A program made the translations under genes and the position numbers. Below, one piece after another: positions 50,576 through 59,503 of a DNA stretch of 64,000 nt (its first letter is position 1; every line of letters begins with the position of its first letter). This DNA is from an uncultured delta proteobacterium (GTDB taxonomy: Bacteria; Myxococcota; B64-G9), in assembly GCA_963754925.1 (NCBI GenBank), contig CAVWHX010000003.1:640001-704000 (forward strand), written 5' to 3'. Under the pieces are notes generated by a model. That model ran no database searches. It was not told the origin of the DNA and saw only the letters and a list, made by a program, of their open reading frames with translations.

Positions 50576-51002
50576 GTTTAATTAATAACTCAGTCCGGGG
50601 CATAAAGAATTATTCATGCCCCTAATGATTTTTGTTCCATACACAGTAACGATGTTCTATCAACAAAGCAGCGCCGTCAGAAGCACATACGCTCGGTCTT
50701 CACGAGAATTACCGCCGCAACTTCTCTTTTCACGAACGACGCCGCTCGTAAATTCACACATAACGCAGGTTTTACTAGTCAATGCTATACGCTTTTGATT
50801 CACAAAAGTCAATTTGATTTTTTCAATAGTTAATTACTTTATATATAGTATAATAGTTATAAAGCGACTACACATTGAATATACCCCAGTTAAGCGAACG
50901 CTAATCTCTATTCCTTATAAAATCAGATTGTTATCAAAAAACCTTGTTCTAAACTTTATATTCATCCTGGACAGTGCCATCTTCAAAAGGTATAGACTTT
51001 TT

Positions 51003-51267
51003 TTAGAGACTGTTAGCGAGCGAAGCGAGCTTACAGTCTCTTATCCCCGAAGGGGATTAGAGCTTTTGCGAGCGACTAGAGATTGTAGCGAGCGAAGCAA
51101 AGCTGAGCGAGGCGTACAATCTCTTGTCCCTTTAGGGGAGCGAGCTTACAGTCTCTTATCCCCGAAGGGGATAAGAAATTCTAACTTCGCTGTGCTCAGC
51201 AAGAATTTCTACATCCCCGAAGGGGATTAGAGCTTTGGTACAATAGATTCTTACCCCTAAAGGGATT
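51003..51267. repeat. Cluster of tandem and nested palindromic elements
   Basis: Units TAGAG-stem..GCGAGCGAAGCGAGC..CTCTTA followed by TCCCCGAAGGGGA or TCCCTTTAGGG hairpins; four to five units, one nested. Confidence 0.75.
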
Positions 51268-51372
51268 AAAGGAGGTCTGTGGGAGTTATTGACGATGAGA
51301 GGAAAACGTGCTTGACTCATTGAACATCTGAATTCTTTAGTGACTGACTCATTTACGTAAAGGATTACTAAT

Positions 51373-51963
51373 ATGAATCAGGTTATGTTACTCGTCATAA
51401 CCGTCTTAAGCACCTGGGTTGCGGGTGGTCAAATGCGGGATCGGCCCTCAGATCTATTGCAGGCACCGATGGCTCTTCCCGCTCTTAGCGAACTGGTTGA
51501 GCTTCCTCAGCTTTCTTTGAAAACACAAAAGCTCTCGGATGCATCCGACGTTGGCCAGGAAATTGACGAATCTGGATCAACATTCTCAAACGCTTCGGAA
51601 AAAATAAAATTAAAGAAAATGAAAGCCTCGGAAGAAGAATTTGCCAACCTGTCTTTCAAAGAACCAAACGAGGTAAAACCGTGGCGCGAACCTCTCGGCT
51701 GGAGCGCTGTCGGCGTAGGTAGTGCGGCAATCATAGCGGGAGTCGGATGTCTGATCGGTTGGTTGCTAGAAGACGGCAAGAAAAATCCAGACAATGACAA
51801 AATCGATAAGTTAAAAATATCTACAATTGTCTTGGCCAGCGCCGGGGCCGCGATACTTATAACCGGCATCGTGTTCCTTCTTTGGGAGGAATATGCGCCA
51901 ATTAAAACAAATGTAGCCGTTGGGCCAGGCTTTGCGGGTATGTCTGTCAGTGGAGCGTTTTAG
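51373..51963 (+). CDS. Hypothetical exported/membrane protein
   Basis: Signal-like N-terminus, two Gly/Ala-rich TM helices, C-terminal VAVGPGFAGMSVSGAF. Confidence 0.6.
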   Translation: MNQVMLLVITVLSTWVAGGQMRDRPSDLLQAPMALPALSELVELPQLSLKTQKLSDASDVGQEIDESGSTFSNASEKIKLKKMKASEEEFANLSFKEPNEVKPWREPLGWSAVGVGSAAIIAGVGCLIGWLLEDGKKNPDNDKIDKLKISTIVLASAGAAILITGIVFLLWEEYAPIKTNVAVGPGFAGMSVSGAF

Positions 51964-52067
51964 AGGCTGTTAGCTCACGAAGTGAGCGTTACAGCCTCTT
52001 ATCCCCGAAGGGGATTAGAGCTTTTGCGAACGATGTGAGCGTTACAGCCTCTTATCCCTTTAGGGAC
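51960..52067. repeat. Second cluster of the same palindromic element (2 units)
   Basis: TTAGAGGCTGTTAGCTCACGAAGTGAGCGTTACAGCCTCTTATCCCCGAAGGGGA then TTAGAGC..CAGCCTCTTATCCCTTTAGGGA. Confidence 0.75.
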
Positions 52068-52188
52068 TATAGATTATTGCCGACTGGTTTGTCCTTCTAG
52101 GGAAGCGAGGTGGACAGTCTCTTGGCCTATTGAAAATTGTTTGTCCCTAAAGAAGTCAGATGATTTTTATACTTTGGTGAGGTGATTA

Positions 52189-54366
52189 ATGCCACTCACG
52201 GGAGCTTCGAACGAATCTCGATTTTTATTTACCCTTGGCAAGCGTACGGACATTCGGGTGTTGAGTTTCCACATCGCCGAGGCTCTCTCAACAAATTTTA
52301 TGGTTGATCTTACCCTGGCCTGTGACCAGGACATTGCCTTTGACGACGTAATCGGCCAGAAGGCTTACCTCACCGTCCTCGGTCACCAAACCGATAGATA
52401 TTGGCACGGCGTGATCCGGGATTTTACCTTTACGGGCACGAATGAGCGTTTTTTGATATTCCGCGCCACCCTGGTGCCCGTCTTATGGTTGCTGACGCAG
52501 GAGCAGGATTGCCGCATTTTCCAGGGCGAGAACACGCAGCAAATTGTCGAGACGATTCTCAAGGAAGCCGGACTGACCAGTAAGGAATACGCGTTCAACA
52601 ACCAAAGTCCGGGCACGACCAGGGAATATTGTGTTCAATACCGCGAATCCGACTTCAATTTTATTTCACGGTTGCTGGAAGAAGACGGCATTTTCTTCTT
52701 TTTTTCGCATGACCAAAAAGACACTACGGTGGTTTTTGGCGATGGAACCACGGCGTACAAGCCGATTGATGGCCAGGCCAAGGTAGCCTTGAGCCCGGCT
52801 CCCGGTATGGTATCGGAGAGCGAATTTGTGCAAACCATCAACTTTTCACGGCATGTCCACAGCGGAAAGATTACCGTGAGGGATTATAATTTTGAAAAGC
52901 CGGCATTGGACCTTACCGCGGAAGGAAAAGACAAGGTATTCGACAACCTGGAAGTGTACGACTATCCCGGCCGCTACAGCGACCAAGGGGCGGGGAAGAA
53001 AATCGCCAATCTCAGGCTTCAGCAATCGATCACCTATAAAGACCAGTGCATGGGTGACAGCGTATGCCCGCGGTTTGCGCCGGGGCGGACGTTCAGCCTG
53101 AAGACCAGCGAGAAGCGATCTGAATTTAGCAAGGAGTATCTGCTGGTATCGGTGTCTCATGTGGGGGAACAGCCGCAAGCGTTGGAGGAGCTGTCCAATC
53201 CGCATGCGAGCAACTCGTATCATAATACGTTTAGTTGCATACCAGCATCGGTGCCGTTTCGGCCGCAGGGAGCAGCCTCGAAGCCGATAATCAGCGGGGT
53301 ACAGACGGCGATGGTGGTGGGACCAGCCGGGGAAGAGATATTCACGGACGAGTATGGGCGGATCAAGGTGCAGTTTCATTGGGATCGCCGGGGGAAGAAA
53401 GACGATAAGAGCTCGTGTTGGATACGGGTGAGCCAAGTATTCACGGGGGCGAGTTGGGGAGCGATGGCGGTGCCGCGGATTGGGCAGGAGATGATAGTGG
53501 GATTTATCGAGGGCGACCCGGACCGGCCGATCATCACCGGGCGGGTGTACCACGGCAACAACCCGGTACCGTACAATCTGCCGGATGAAAAGACCAAGAC
53601 GACGTTTAAGAGCAACTCCAGCCTCGGCGGCAGCGGGTTCAACGAACTGCGTTTTGAGGACAAGAAGGGGAGCGAGGAGGTGTTCGTACATGCACAGAAA
53701 GACCTCAATGAGGTTGTAAAGCGCAACCAAACAATTAGCGTTGGTGTCGATCAGTCAACCACCATTGGAAATAATGAAACATTAACAGTTGGCAAAAATC
53801 GCTCCAAGACCGTCGGCGTCGATCAGATCGTGAACGTCGGCGCGAATCATACCGAGAAGGTGGGCGCGAATAAAAGCATCACTGTCGGATCGAACAAAAC
53901 GGAGACGGTCACCATCAATTCTGCCGAAACCATTGGGATGGCCAAAGAGCTCACCATCGGCGGGGCTTATCAGGTCAGTGTCGGTGCGGCGATGAACGAA
54001 ACCGTCGTTGGCCTTAAGGCTGAAGAGATTGGTGTTCATAAGGCGGTTGTGGTGGCCAAAAATTCCAGCGAAAAAATTGGCGGTAATAAGTCGGTGAACG
54101 TGAGCAAAGATTTTTCGGAAGAAATTAAGGGAAAAAAGGAAATCAAAATTGACAAGGATTTCATAGAACAAATCACCGGCAAAAAAAGCGTCAAGGTCGA
54201 CCAGGAGCTGATCATTGAAGTAGCCGACAAAATAACCCTTAAGACGGGAGACTCGTCCATTGTTCTCGATAAAGGCGGTAAGATTGTTATAAAAGGCAAG
54301 GACATCGAGGTAGATGGCGGGAGCGGTCCGATTAATATTCATGGTGGAAAGATCGATCTGAATTAG
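52189..54366 (+). CDS. vgrG: VgrG/TssI spike with gp5-like C-terminal repeats
   Basis: REYCVQYRESD, YDYPG, TDEYGRIKVQFHWDR, SCWIRVSQ, PRIGQE, FNELRFED, HAQKD. Confidence 0.96.
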   Translation: MPLTGASNESRFLFTLGKRTDIRVLSFHIAEALSTNFMVDLTLACDQDIAFDDVIGQKAYLTVLGHQTDRYWHGVIRDFTFTGTNERFLIFRATLVPVLWLLTQEQDCRIFQGENTQQIVETILKEAGLTSKEYAFNNQSPGTTREYCVQYRESDFNFISRLLEEDGIFFFFSHDQKDTTVVFGDGTTAYKPIDGQAKVALSPAPGMVSESEFVQTINFSRHVHSGKITVRDYNFEKPALDLTAEGKDKVFDNLEVYDYPGRYSDQGAGKKIANLRLQQSITYKDQCMGDSVCPRFAPGRTFSLKTSEKRSEFSKEYLLVSVSHVGEQPQALEELSNPHASNSYHNTFSCIPASVPFRPQGAASKPIISGVQTAMVVGPAGEEIFTDEYGRIKVQFHWDRRGKKDDKSSCWIRVSQVFTGASWGAMAVPRIGQEMIVGFIEGDPDRPIITGRVYHGNNPVPYNLPDEKTKTTFKSNSSLGGSGFNELRFEDKKGSEEVFVHAQKDLNEVVKRNQTISVGVDQSTTIGNNETLTVGKNRSKTVGVDQIVNVGANHTEKVGANKSITVGSNKTETVTINSAETIGMAKELTIGGAYQVSVGAAMNETVVGLKAEEIGVHKAVVVAKNSSEKIGGNKSVNVSKDFSEEIKGKKEIKIDKDFIEQITGKKSVKVDQELIIEVADKITLKTGDSSIVLDKGGKIVIKGKDIEVDGGSGPINIHGGKIDLN

Positions 54367-54384
54367 ACGTGCAGGAGGAATGGA

Positions 54385-55464
54385 ATGGGCAGAATGGTTG
54401 CCAACAAGGGCAACGGCGATTGCATTTCAACCACCGCGCCGATGACCGGCGCCCCGATGCCGATAGACATTGTTCTTGTTCCATCAGGTCCGGCCGTTGT
54501 GCCTACCCCGTGCGTAAATACCGCAAAACTTGCGGACGCCGCTATGACCGTCGACGAAGTCAACGTCAATGGCAAACCGGTGGTGGTACGGCGGAGCCAG
54601 ATCCCGCTCTCGTCGGGCGCGCCAAGTAACGCGATCAAAGGAATCATCTCACCGCCGCCCGCCAACAACCGCTGCAACTTTCTAACCTCAAGCGCCACGG
54701 TGTTTGCCGGAGGCTATCCCCTCGAACGTCACCGCGACGTCACCATTCAGAATGCGGGCAATTGTCCGGGAGGGGTAAAGCTCAAGGAGGCATTCTCACT
54801 CCACGGTTCTGGCCTGGCTATCGATCCCGCCATGACTCCAGCACAGCAGGAAGCGATTGTGCAGAACCTTGAGGAACTCAATGAACGGCCGAGGACGAAG
54901 GAATTGTTGGATACCATTAAGAACAACTACCAATCTAGGGTCAACGCTGGCCAACCGGGTCAGCTAATCACCGTTAGTGCGAATAGCCCAGCCGGTGTTG
55001 CTGTTGCAGCTGGAGATGCCGCTTGCGTCCCAAATGTTTTCGCTAATGGCCTTAACGGTACGGGAACACCTTCCTGGATTCAGTTCAATCCAACACAATC
55101 CTTGAACGTTCCTGGATATTCTGAAACCATGTCTCCCGAATTGGTTCTTGCCCATGAACTTGTTCATTCTATGCACGCCAGTAGCGGAACATTGCTCAAT
55201 GGTCACTCCGCAGGAACACTTCCTAACGGTAATCCGGCGCCGAGTGCCATGCACAATGCGGAGCAACAAGCTATGGGGATTGGCACCGAATCGAACTCCA
55301 AATTGGCCGAATCACGATTTGCGGAGGAAAGGGGAATGTCGGTTCGAAAGACCCATGGACCGAGTGAGGGATATTTCCCCTTTAATCCCAACCCAGCCAA
55401 TGTTGCTCCGGTGGGTTTTGCCACCGGCGCGGGTGGAGAACACTTTGTTTACTGCAATAAATGA
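54385..55464 (+). CDS. PAAR-like (DUF4150) domain fused to an M91/NleD-like zinc metallopeptidase effector
   Basis: N-terminal VPSGPAVVPTPCVN..SATV..G..RHRD..QNAGN; C-terminal LAHELVHSMH, AEQQAMG, ESRFAEERG..R. Confidence 0.7.
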   Translation: MGRMVANKGNGDCISTTAPMTGAPMPIDIVLVPSGPAVVPTPCVNTAKLADAAMTVDEVNVNGKPVVVRRSQIPLSSGAPSNAIKGIISPPPANNRCNFLTSSATVFAGGYPLERHRDVTIQNAGNCPGGVKLKEAFSLHGSGLAIDPAMTPAQQEAIVQNLEELNERPRTKELLDTIKNNYQSRVNAGQPGQLITVSANSPAGVAVAAGDAACVPNVFANGLNGTGTPSWIQFNPTQSLNVPGYSETMSPELVLAHELVHSMHASSGTLLNGHSAGTLPNGNPAPSAMHNAEQQAMGIGTESNSKLAESRFAEERGMSVRKTHGPSEGYFPFNPNPANVAPVGFATGAGGEHFVYCNK

Positions 55465-55629
55465 GATTGCTGCTAACACGATATGAGCAGGTGCATTTTT
55501 TGGATGGTAGGAATGAAAAATGATGCTCTAAATTTTTCCCGCTCTAGTACTAGAGATGTGTTCCTGATTCTGGTGTCTTTCCTTTTGATTTTTGAAATGG
55601 GAATGGATAATATTAATAGGGAGGAAACC

Positions 55630-56196
55630 ATGTCGGATTCTCATCTGGCTATCTGGGAAAAAACCAATCCACCTTCTATTTCTATATCAGGGAAACTAGA
55701 GCAAGATGGTAAAATATTGCATCTTGCTTGCGTGATAAAAAATACCCAAAGCAGGCCGATTTACGTTTTTCGTGAGGAAAACCCCTTGATACGACTCGAC
55801 TCCGGTGGAAAGGTTAATGTGATAAGTATGATGTTGGAAATTCCACCTTGGATGTTTGTGGTTGCTCCTCATATTCCTCCTGTCACCCGTTTGGCGGTTA
55901 ACCAGGAAATCAAAATAGAGGCTTCCTATCATTTACCGTTGCAGGAGACGCATCCATATCCTCCTTTTCCTGACTTTGTCCGTCCGGTAACTTCTAAGGA
56001 TGAAGTTGCCACTCAATTTCAGTTTGTTCTTGGTTTTTTTCCTGAGGATGATAAAAATGCGCTTTTCGATGGTGTACAATCCGGTGAACAAGTACCTAGC
56101 TACTATGAACTCAAACGGCAGTTCCTCGCCATTAGTCAACCAGTTGCCATCAGTGTTCCTGTCCGCCGTCCTATCTGGACTAGAAGTTCCAAATGA
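55630..56196 (+). CDS. Candidate immunity protein (alternative start 55483)
   Basis: AT-richer ORF directly after the effector; GAGG RBS before MSDSH. Confidence 0.5.
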   Translation: MSDSHLAIWEKTNPPSISISGKLEQDGKILHLACVIKNTQSRPIYVFREENPLIRLDSGGKVNVISMMLEIPPWMFVVAPHIPPVTRLAVNQEIKIEASYHLPLQETHPYPPFPDFVRPVTSKDEVATQFQFVLGFFPEDDKNALFDGVQSGEQVPSYYELKRQFLAISQPVAISVPVRRPIWTRSSK

Positions 56197-56301
56197 ACCA
56201 AGAGATCGAGTAAATCGCAGTGGCATCCTATCGTGCGCCACTGGTACGTCACCATTCAGTATGAGGTAAATAAAAATGAATGATGTGTATCTATTACGCA
56301 G

Positions 56302-57366
56302 ATGACCATCGAGATTGAAAACAGCACTCCGCTAAGGGTATTTCCTTTAACCCACGATGATTCGTCGGACCGCCCGGGTCTCTCGGTTATCCTTAAGGGA
56401 ACCTTCAGCATGCTTGGCACCGATGAAAACCCATTCGCCGCCGAGCAACTCCCTATCGCCGAATTGGATGAGTATAACAACACAGAAAAACCTATCAGTG
56501 TAAAATTCGAATCCGACCTGGTGCCCTTTAAACCCAAAGCTGACATCATTCTGGTGGGCAAAGCCTATGCTCCCCACGGACAGCCTGTTGCTAACATGAC
56601 TGCTACCCTCGCTGTCGGGAATGTTAGCCGCTCTATCATGGTGTTTGGGGATCGCAACTGGATAAAAAAGGGAAAGTTCAAAACCAGTCTGACGATGACC
56701 CAACCACAAGAATTTACCGAGATGGAGCTTATCTACGAACGCGCTTTTGGCGGTACCGATCTCAATGAAGATTACCAGGGAGAGTGGAGCGAAGAGAATC
56801 CCATCGGACGAGGTTTCATAGCACGCAAACGCCTCGACCAAGCTGCGGGAAAGCCGCTTCCCAACCTGGAGAACCCTGAGGAGCTGATCGGTTCCTGGAA
56901 AGATCGTCCAGCGCCGGTCGGTTTCGGTTGCTACGGCCGCGGCTGGCGTCCCCGGGTCCAGTTCGCCGGCACGTATGACGAGGAGTGGCAATTACAACGC
57001 AGTCCTAAGCCACCGCTGGATTTCAAAGAAGACTACTATAATTGCGCCCATCCCCAGTTACAGCTTGCACACTATCTCAGCGGCGACGAAAGAGTGGTGT
57101 TGACCAAACTTTCTCATCGGAGCGAGCGTGTGTTGTTTCGGCTCCCTGGCTTAGCGCCCCGGATAGTTGTCAGACAACAGCAATCCACACCGACAAAGGC
57201 ATACAACGGTTTAGCCACCAAAGACGTTTCACTCGCCACGAATTTGGATACTCTTTTTCTGATTCCAGAGGAAGATCGTTATTATCTCGTTTGGCGTGGT
57301 CGGTTACCCTTGAGCGCTCAGCATAAAGTCGTGCGTATTTCTATTACGCTGCATCATGATCGTTGA
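56302..57366 (+). CDS. DUF2169 T6SS effector adaptor
   Basis: ESDLVPFKPKAD, VFGDR, YERAFGG, NPIGRG, PNLE, PRVQFAGTYDEEW, LVWR. Confidence 0.9.
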   Translation: MTIEIENSTPLRVFPLTHDDSSDRPGLSVILKGTFSMLGTDENPFAAEQLPIAELDEYNNTEKPISVKFESDLVPFKPKADIILVGKAYAPHGQPVANMTATLAVGNVSRSIMVFGDRNWIKKGKFKTSLTMTQPQEFTEMELIYERAFGGTDLNEDYQGEWSEENPIGRGFIARKRLDQAAGKPLPNLENPEELIGSWKDRPAPVGFGCYGRGWRPRVQFAGTYDEEWQLQRSPKPPLDFKEDYYNCAHPQLQLAHYLSGDERVVLTKLSHRSERVLFRLPGLAPRIVVRQQQSTPTKAYNGLATKDVSLATNLDTLFLIPEEDRYYLVWRGRLPLSAQHKVVRISITLHHDR

Positions 57367-57507
57367 TCGGTGTCACAAGAGTTATGGCAACTCCTGACAA
57401 AAACCAGTGACCGACATACTCAAGGGCTTTTAGTTAGGAACAGGGGTAGAGAAAGTCGAAAAGTCGCGCTGGTTGCATTAACCCCCAGCCACTGCCTGAA
57501 CCCGTTT

Positions 57508-57885
57508 CTAATCAAGTATCGAGATCGAATACAGCATCACGAAGAACGCCACGAGAAGTGCTATTGCGTCGGCGTAGGTCAGCAACCAGCGCATGGACCA
57601 GACTGAACGCTGCGCCGATTGTTCCGAACGTTGGCGCACATCTTTAGCCAGCGTTGAGAAGTAACGTTCACCTACGGTAGGTCTCTGCTCGATGCGGGTG
57701 ACGGTTAAGAAACTTTTCATGACTTCCCGCGGGACGGCAACGATGGTTAGCCCGAACGATCCGCCGACAATCAAAATCAACGCCGGCAGGTTTGCAAACG
57801 TTTCCTGTTGACCGCCTCCCATGAGTAACGAAGCAATCAGTGCAACCCACGCCAGTATCAAGCCGCCAACCGTTGCCCTATCCAT
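57508..57885 (-). pseudogene. motA N-terminus joined in frame to motB N-terminus (deletion remnant)
   Basis: MDRATVGG..NLPALILIVGGSFG (MotA TM1-2) followed by WLLTYADAIALLVAFFVMLYSIS (MotB TM). Confidence 0.7.
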
Positions 57886-57924
57886 TATCGTTCCTTTATC
57901 CTTCCTTTATCCTTCCTTGAGAAG

Positions 57925-59203
57925 TTATTGGGGGCCATCTTCATGCGGCGGGAGATATACGTTGAAAACCGCACCCTTCCCCGGCGAACTAACAACTTCA
58001 ATCCTACCGCCGTGTCGCTCAACGATTTCTTTTGAAATACCGAGTCCGAGATCGGTACCCTCGCCCGAGCCCGTGGTGGTAAAAAGCGGCTCAAAGACAT
58101 GCGGGAGGTGTTCAGGTACTAGTCTGGGTCCGACGTCCTGAACGCGTACGCGCACCCAACGATCTTCGAGGTCGATGCGCAGGATGATAGTACCCTTCCC
58201 ACCCATGGCCTCGGTTGCATTGATCAAGAGGTTGAGAAAAACTTGTCCCAATTCGGCCCAATTCCCGAGCACGTCAGGCACGTCGCTGTAGCATCGTTCG
58301 ACAACTACGGAAGCCTTATAACGGAACATCATCACGGCCAAGCTCGTATCGATGCAGCGATGAACCCTCACCCGTTCGCGCCGTGGGGTACCGATATCGG
58401 TGAAGGATGTTAAATTCGTGCAGATAGTAATAATGCGCTCTATCCCTTCGTTCGTCTCTTGTATCATTTCAAACAGCTCATCTCGGCTGCCGCTCAGTTT
58501 CTCCTCCTTTTTTAGTTTTCCGCCAACCATCGAGCAGTTCATGGTTTCCAGATTTCTCCAGGAGGTCTTCAAAACGGGCCAGGGCACGATCGATATCTCT
58601 GAGGTAGCCCTCCATCATTCCAATATTGGCTCGAACATAGGCTGCGGGACCATGGATCTCATGTGCAGCGCCGGCGGCAACCATGCCAATTGATGCCATT
58701 TTTTCCATCGTAACCAACTGGCCATAGTCAGCGCTGTTGTGCTGAAGGTGACTGTTAACCTCTTTGACCGATACCGTGCGATCCACTGCTTCGAGCATTT
58801 GTTCGACAACAACATCGATCCATCCAAGGTCTTCCTGGCACAGACGGGTAAGGAAACATCGAAGCTGCCAGCGCTCGCGATCGGTTTCCCAAAGAGGCAG
58901 GGAATATATCCAGCCAGAGGGCGCGCGCTCAATCCGGAAGTAGGGGCGGCTCGTACGAACGTGATCGGGAATCGCAGTGTTTTGCTCAAACAGCACTTGA
59001 TCACGGGTGGCAACCGCTAAACGGCGGCAGACATCGCCCTGTTTGATGGAAATCTCAACCCGCTGGGTATTGTTTAATCGAGCGATGAAGCTCAGTGCGT
59101 GCTCCATAATGGCAAATGGTTCGGATAGGATCTTAAGCTGTCGCTCCAAATCCGCGCACTGACTTAGGTGCTTCAGGCTTTCTTCAAGCTTCAGCGTAGC
59201 CAT
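57925..59203 (-). pseudogene. Sensor histidine kinase, frameshifted near 58518 with degenerate G-boxes
   Basis: H-box MASIGMVAAGAAHEI; QVFLNLLINA; G1 DVGPRL and G2 GTDLGL deviate from DxGxG and GTGLGL. Confidence 0.65.
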
Positions 59204-59222
59204 TCTTCCTCCGGCATGTATG

Positions 59223-59249
59223 TTATCGACACAAACCCATTTTTATTTA
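59223..59249 (-). promoter_or_regulatory. Sigma-28 (FliA)-type promoter
   Basis: Minus strand TAAA-N15-GTCGATAA, 20 bp upstream of the kinase ATG. Confidence 0.6.
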
Positions 59250-59452
59250 CCGCCTAATTAGGTACGTGGGAGGGTCATTCCACACCCATGGGTTGGCGTT
59301 TCACTAACGACATCTTTCATATCATAGGGGGGTAAACACAAAATATATTAAATTATAACAATAAGTTACGCGATAATCGTGTACACTCGAGTAGTATACC
59401 CGAGATAACAACTAATACTTATAGTATAAAGAGATACCCATTTATCTCGGTT

Positions 59453-59468
59453 TGGCACTCCGGTTGCT
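59453..59468 (+). promoter_or_regulatory. Sigma-54 promoter
   Basis: TGGCAC-TCCGG-TTGCT. Confidence 0.7.
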
Positions 59469-59503
59469 TGAGAGTCTCTTGGTTGCAAAATGGAGAATCC
59501 AGG

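Noticed and set aside
50814..51230. 138-aa ORF
   Set aside because: Reads through AT-rich promoter DNA and the repeat array; no protein-like features.
51003..52067. CRISPR array or integron attC array
   Set aside because: Units vary, nest and lack unique equal-length spacers; no cas or intI gene; no RYYYAAC/GTTRRRY ends.
53700..54300. VgrG C-terminal repeats as an evolved effector or DGR target
   Set aside because: Ordinary gp5-like beta-helix repeats; no reverse transcriptase or template repeat.
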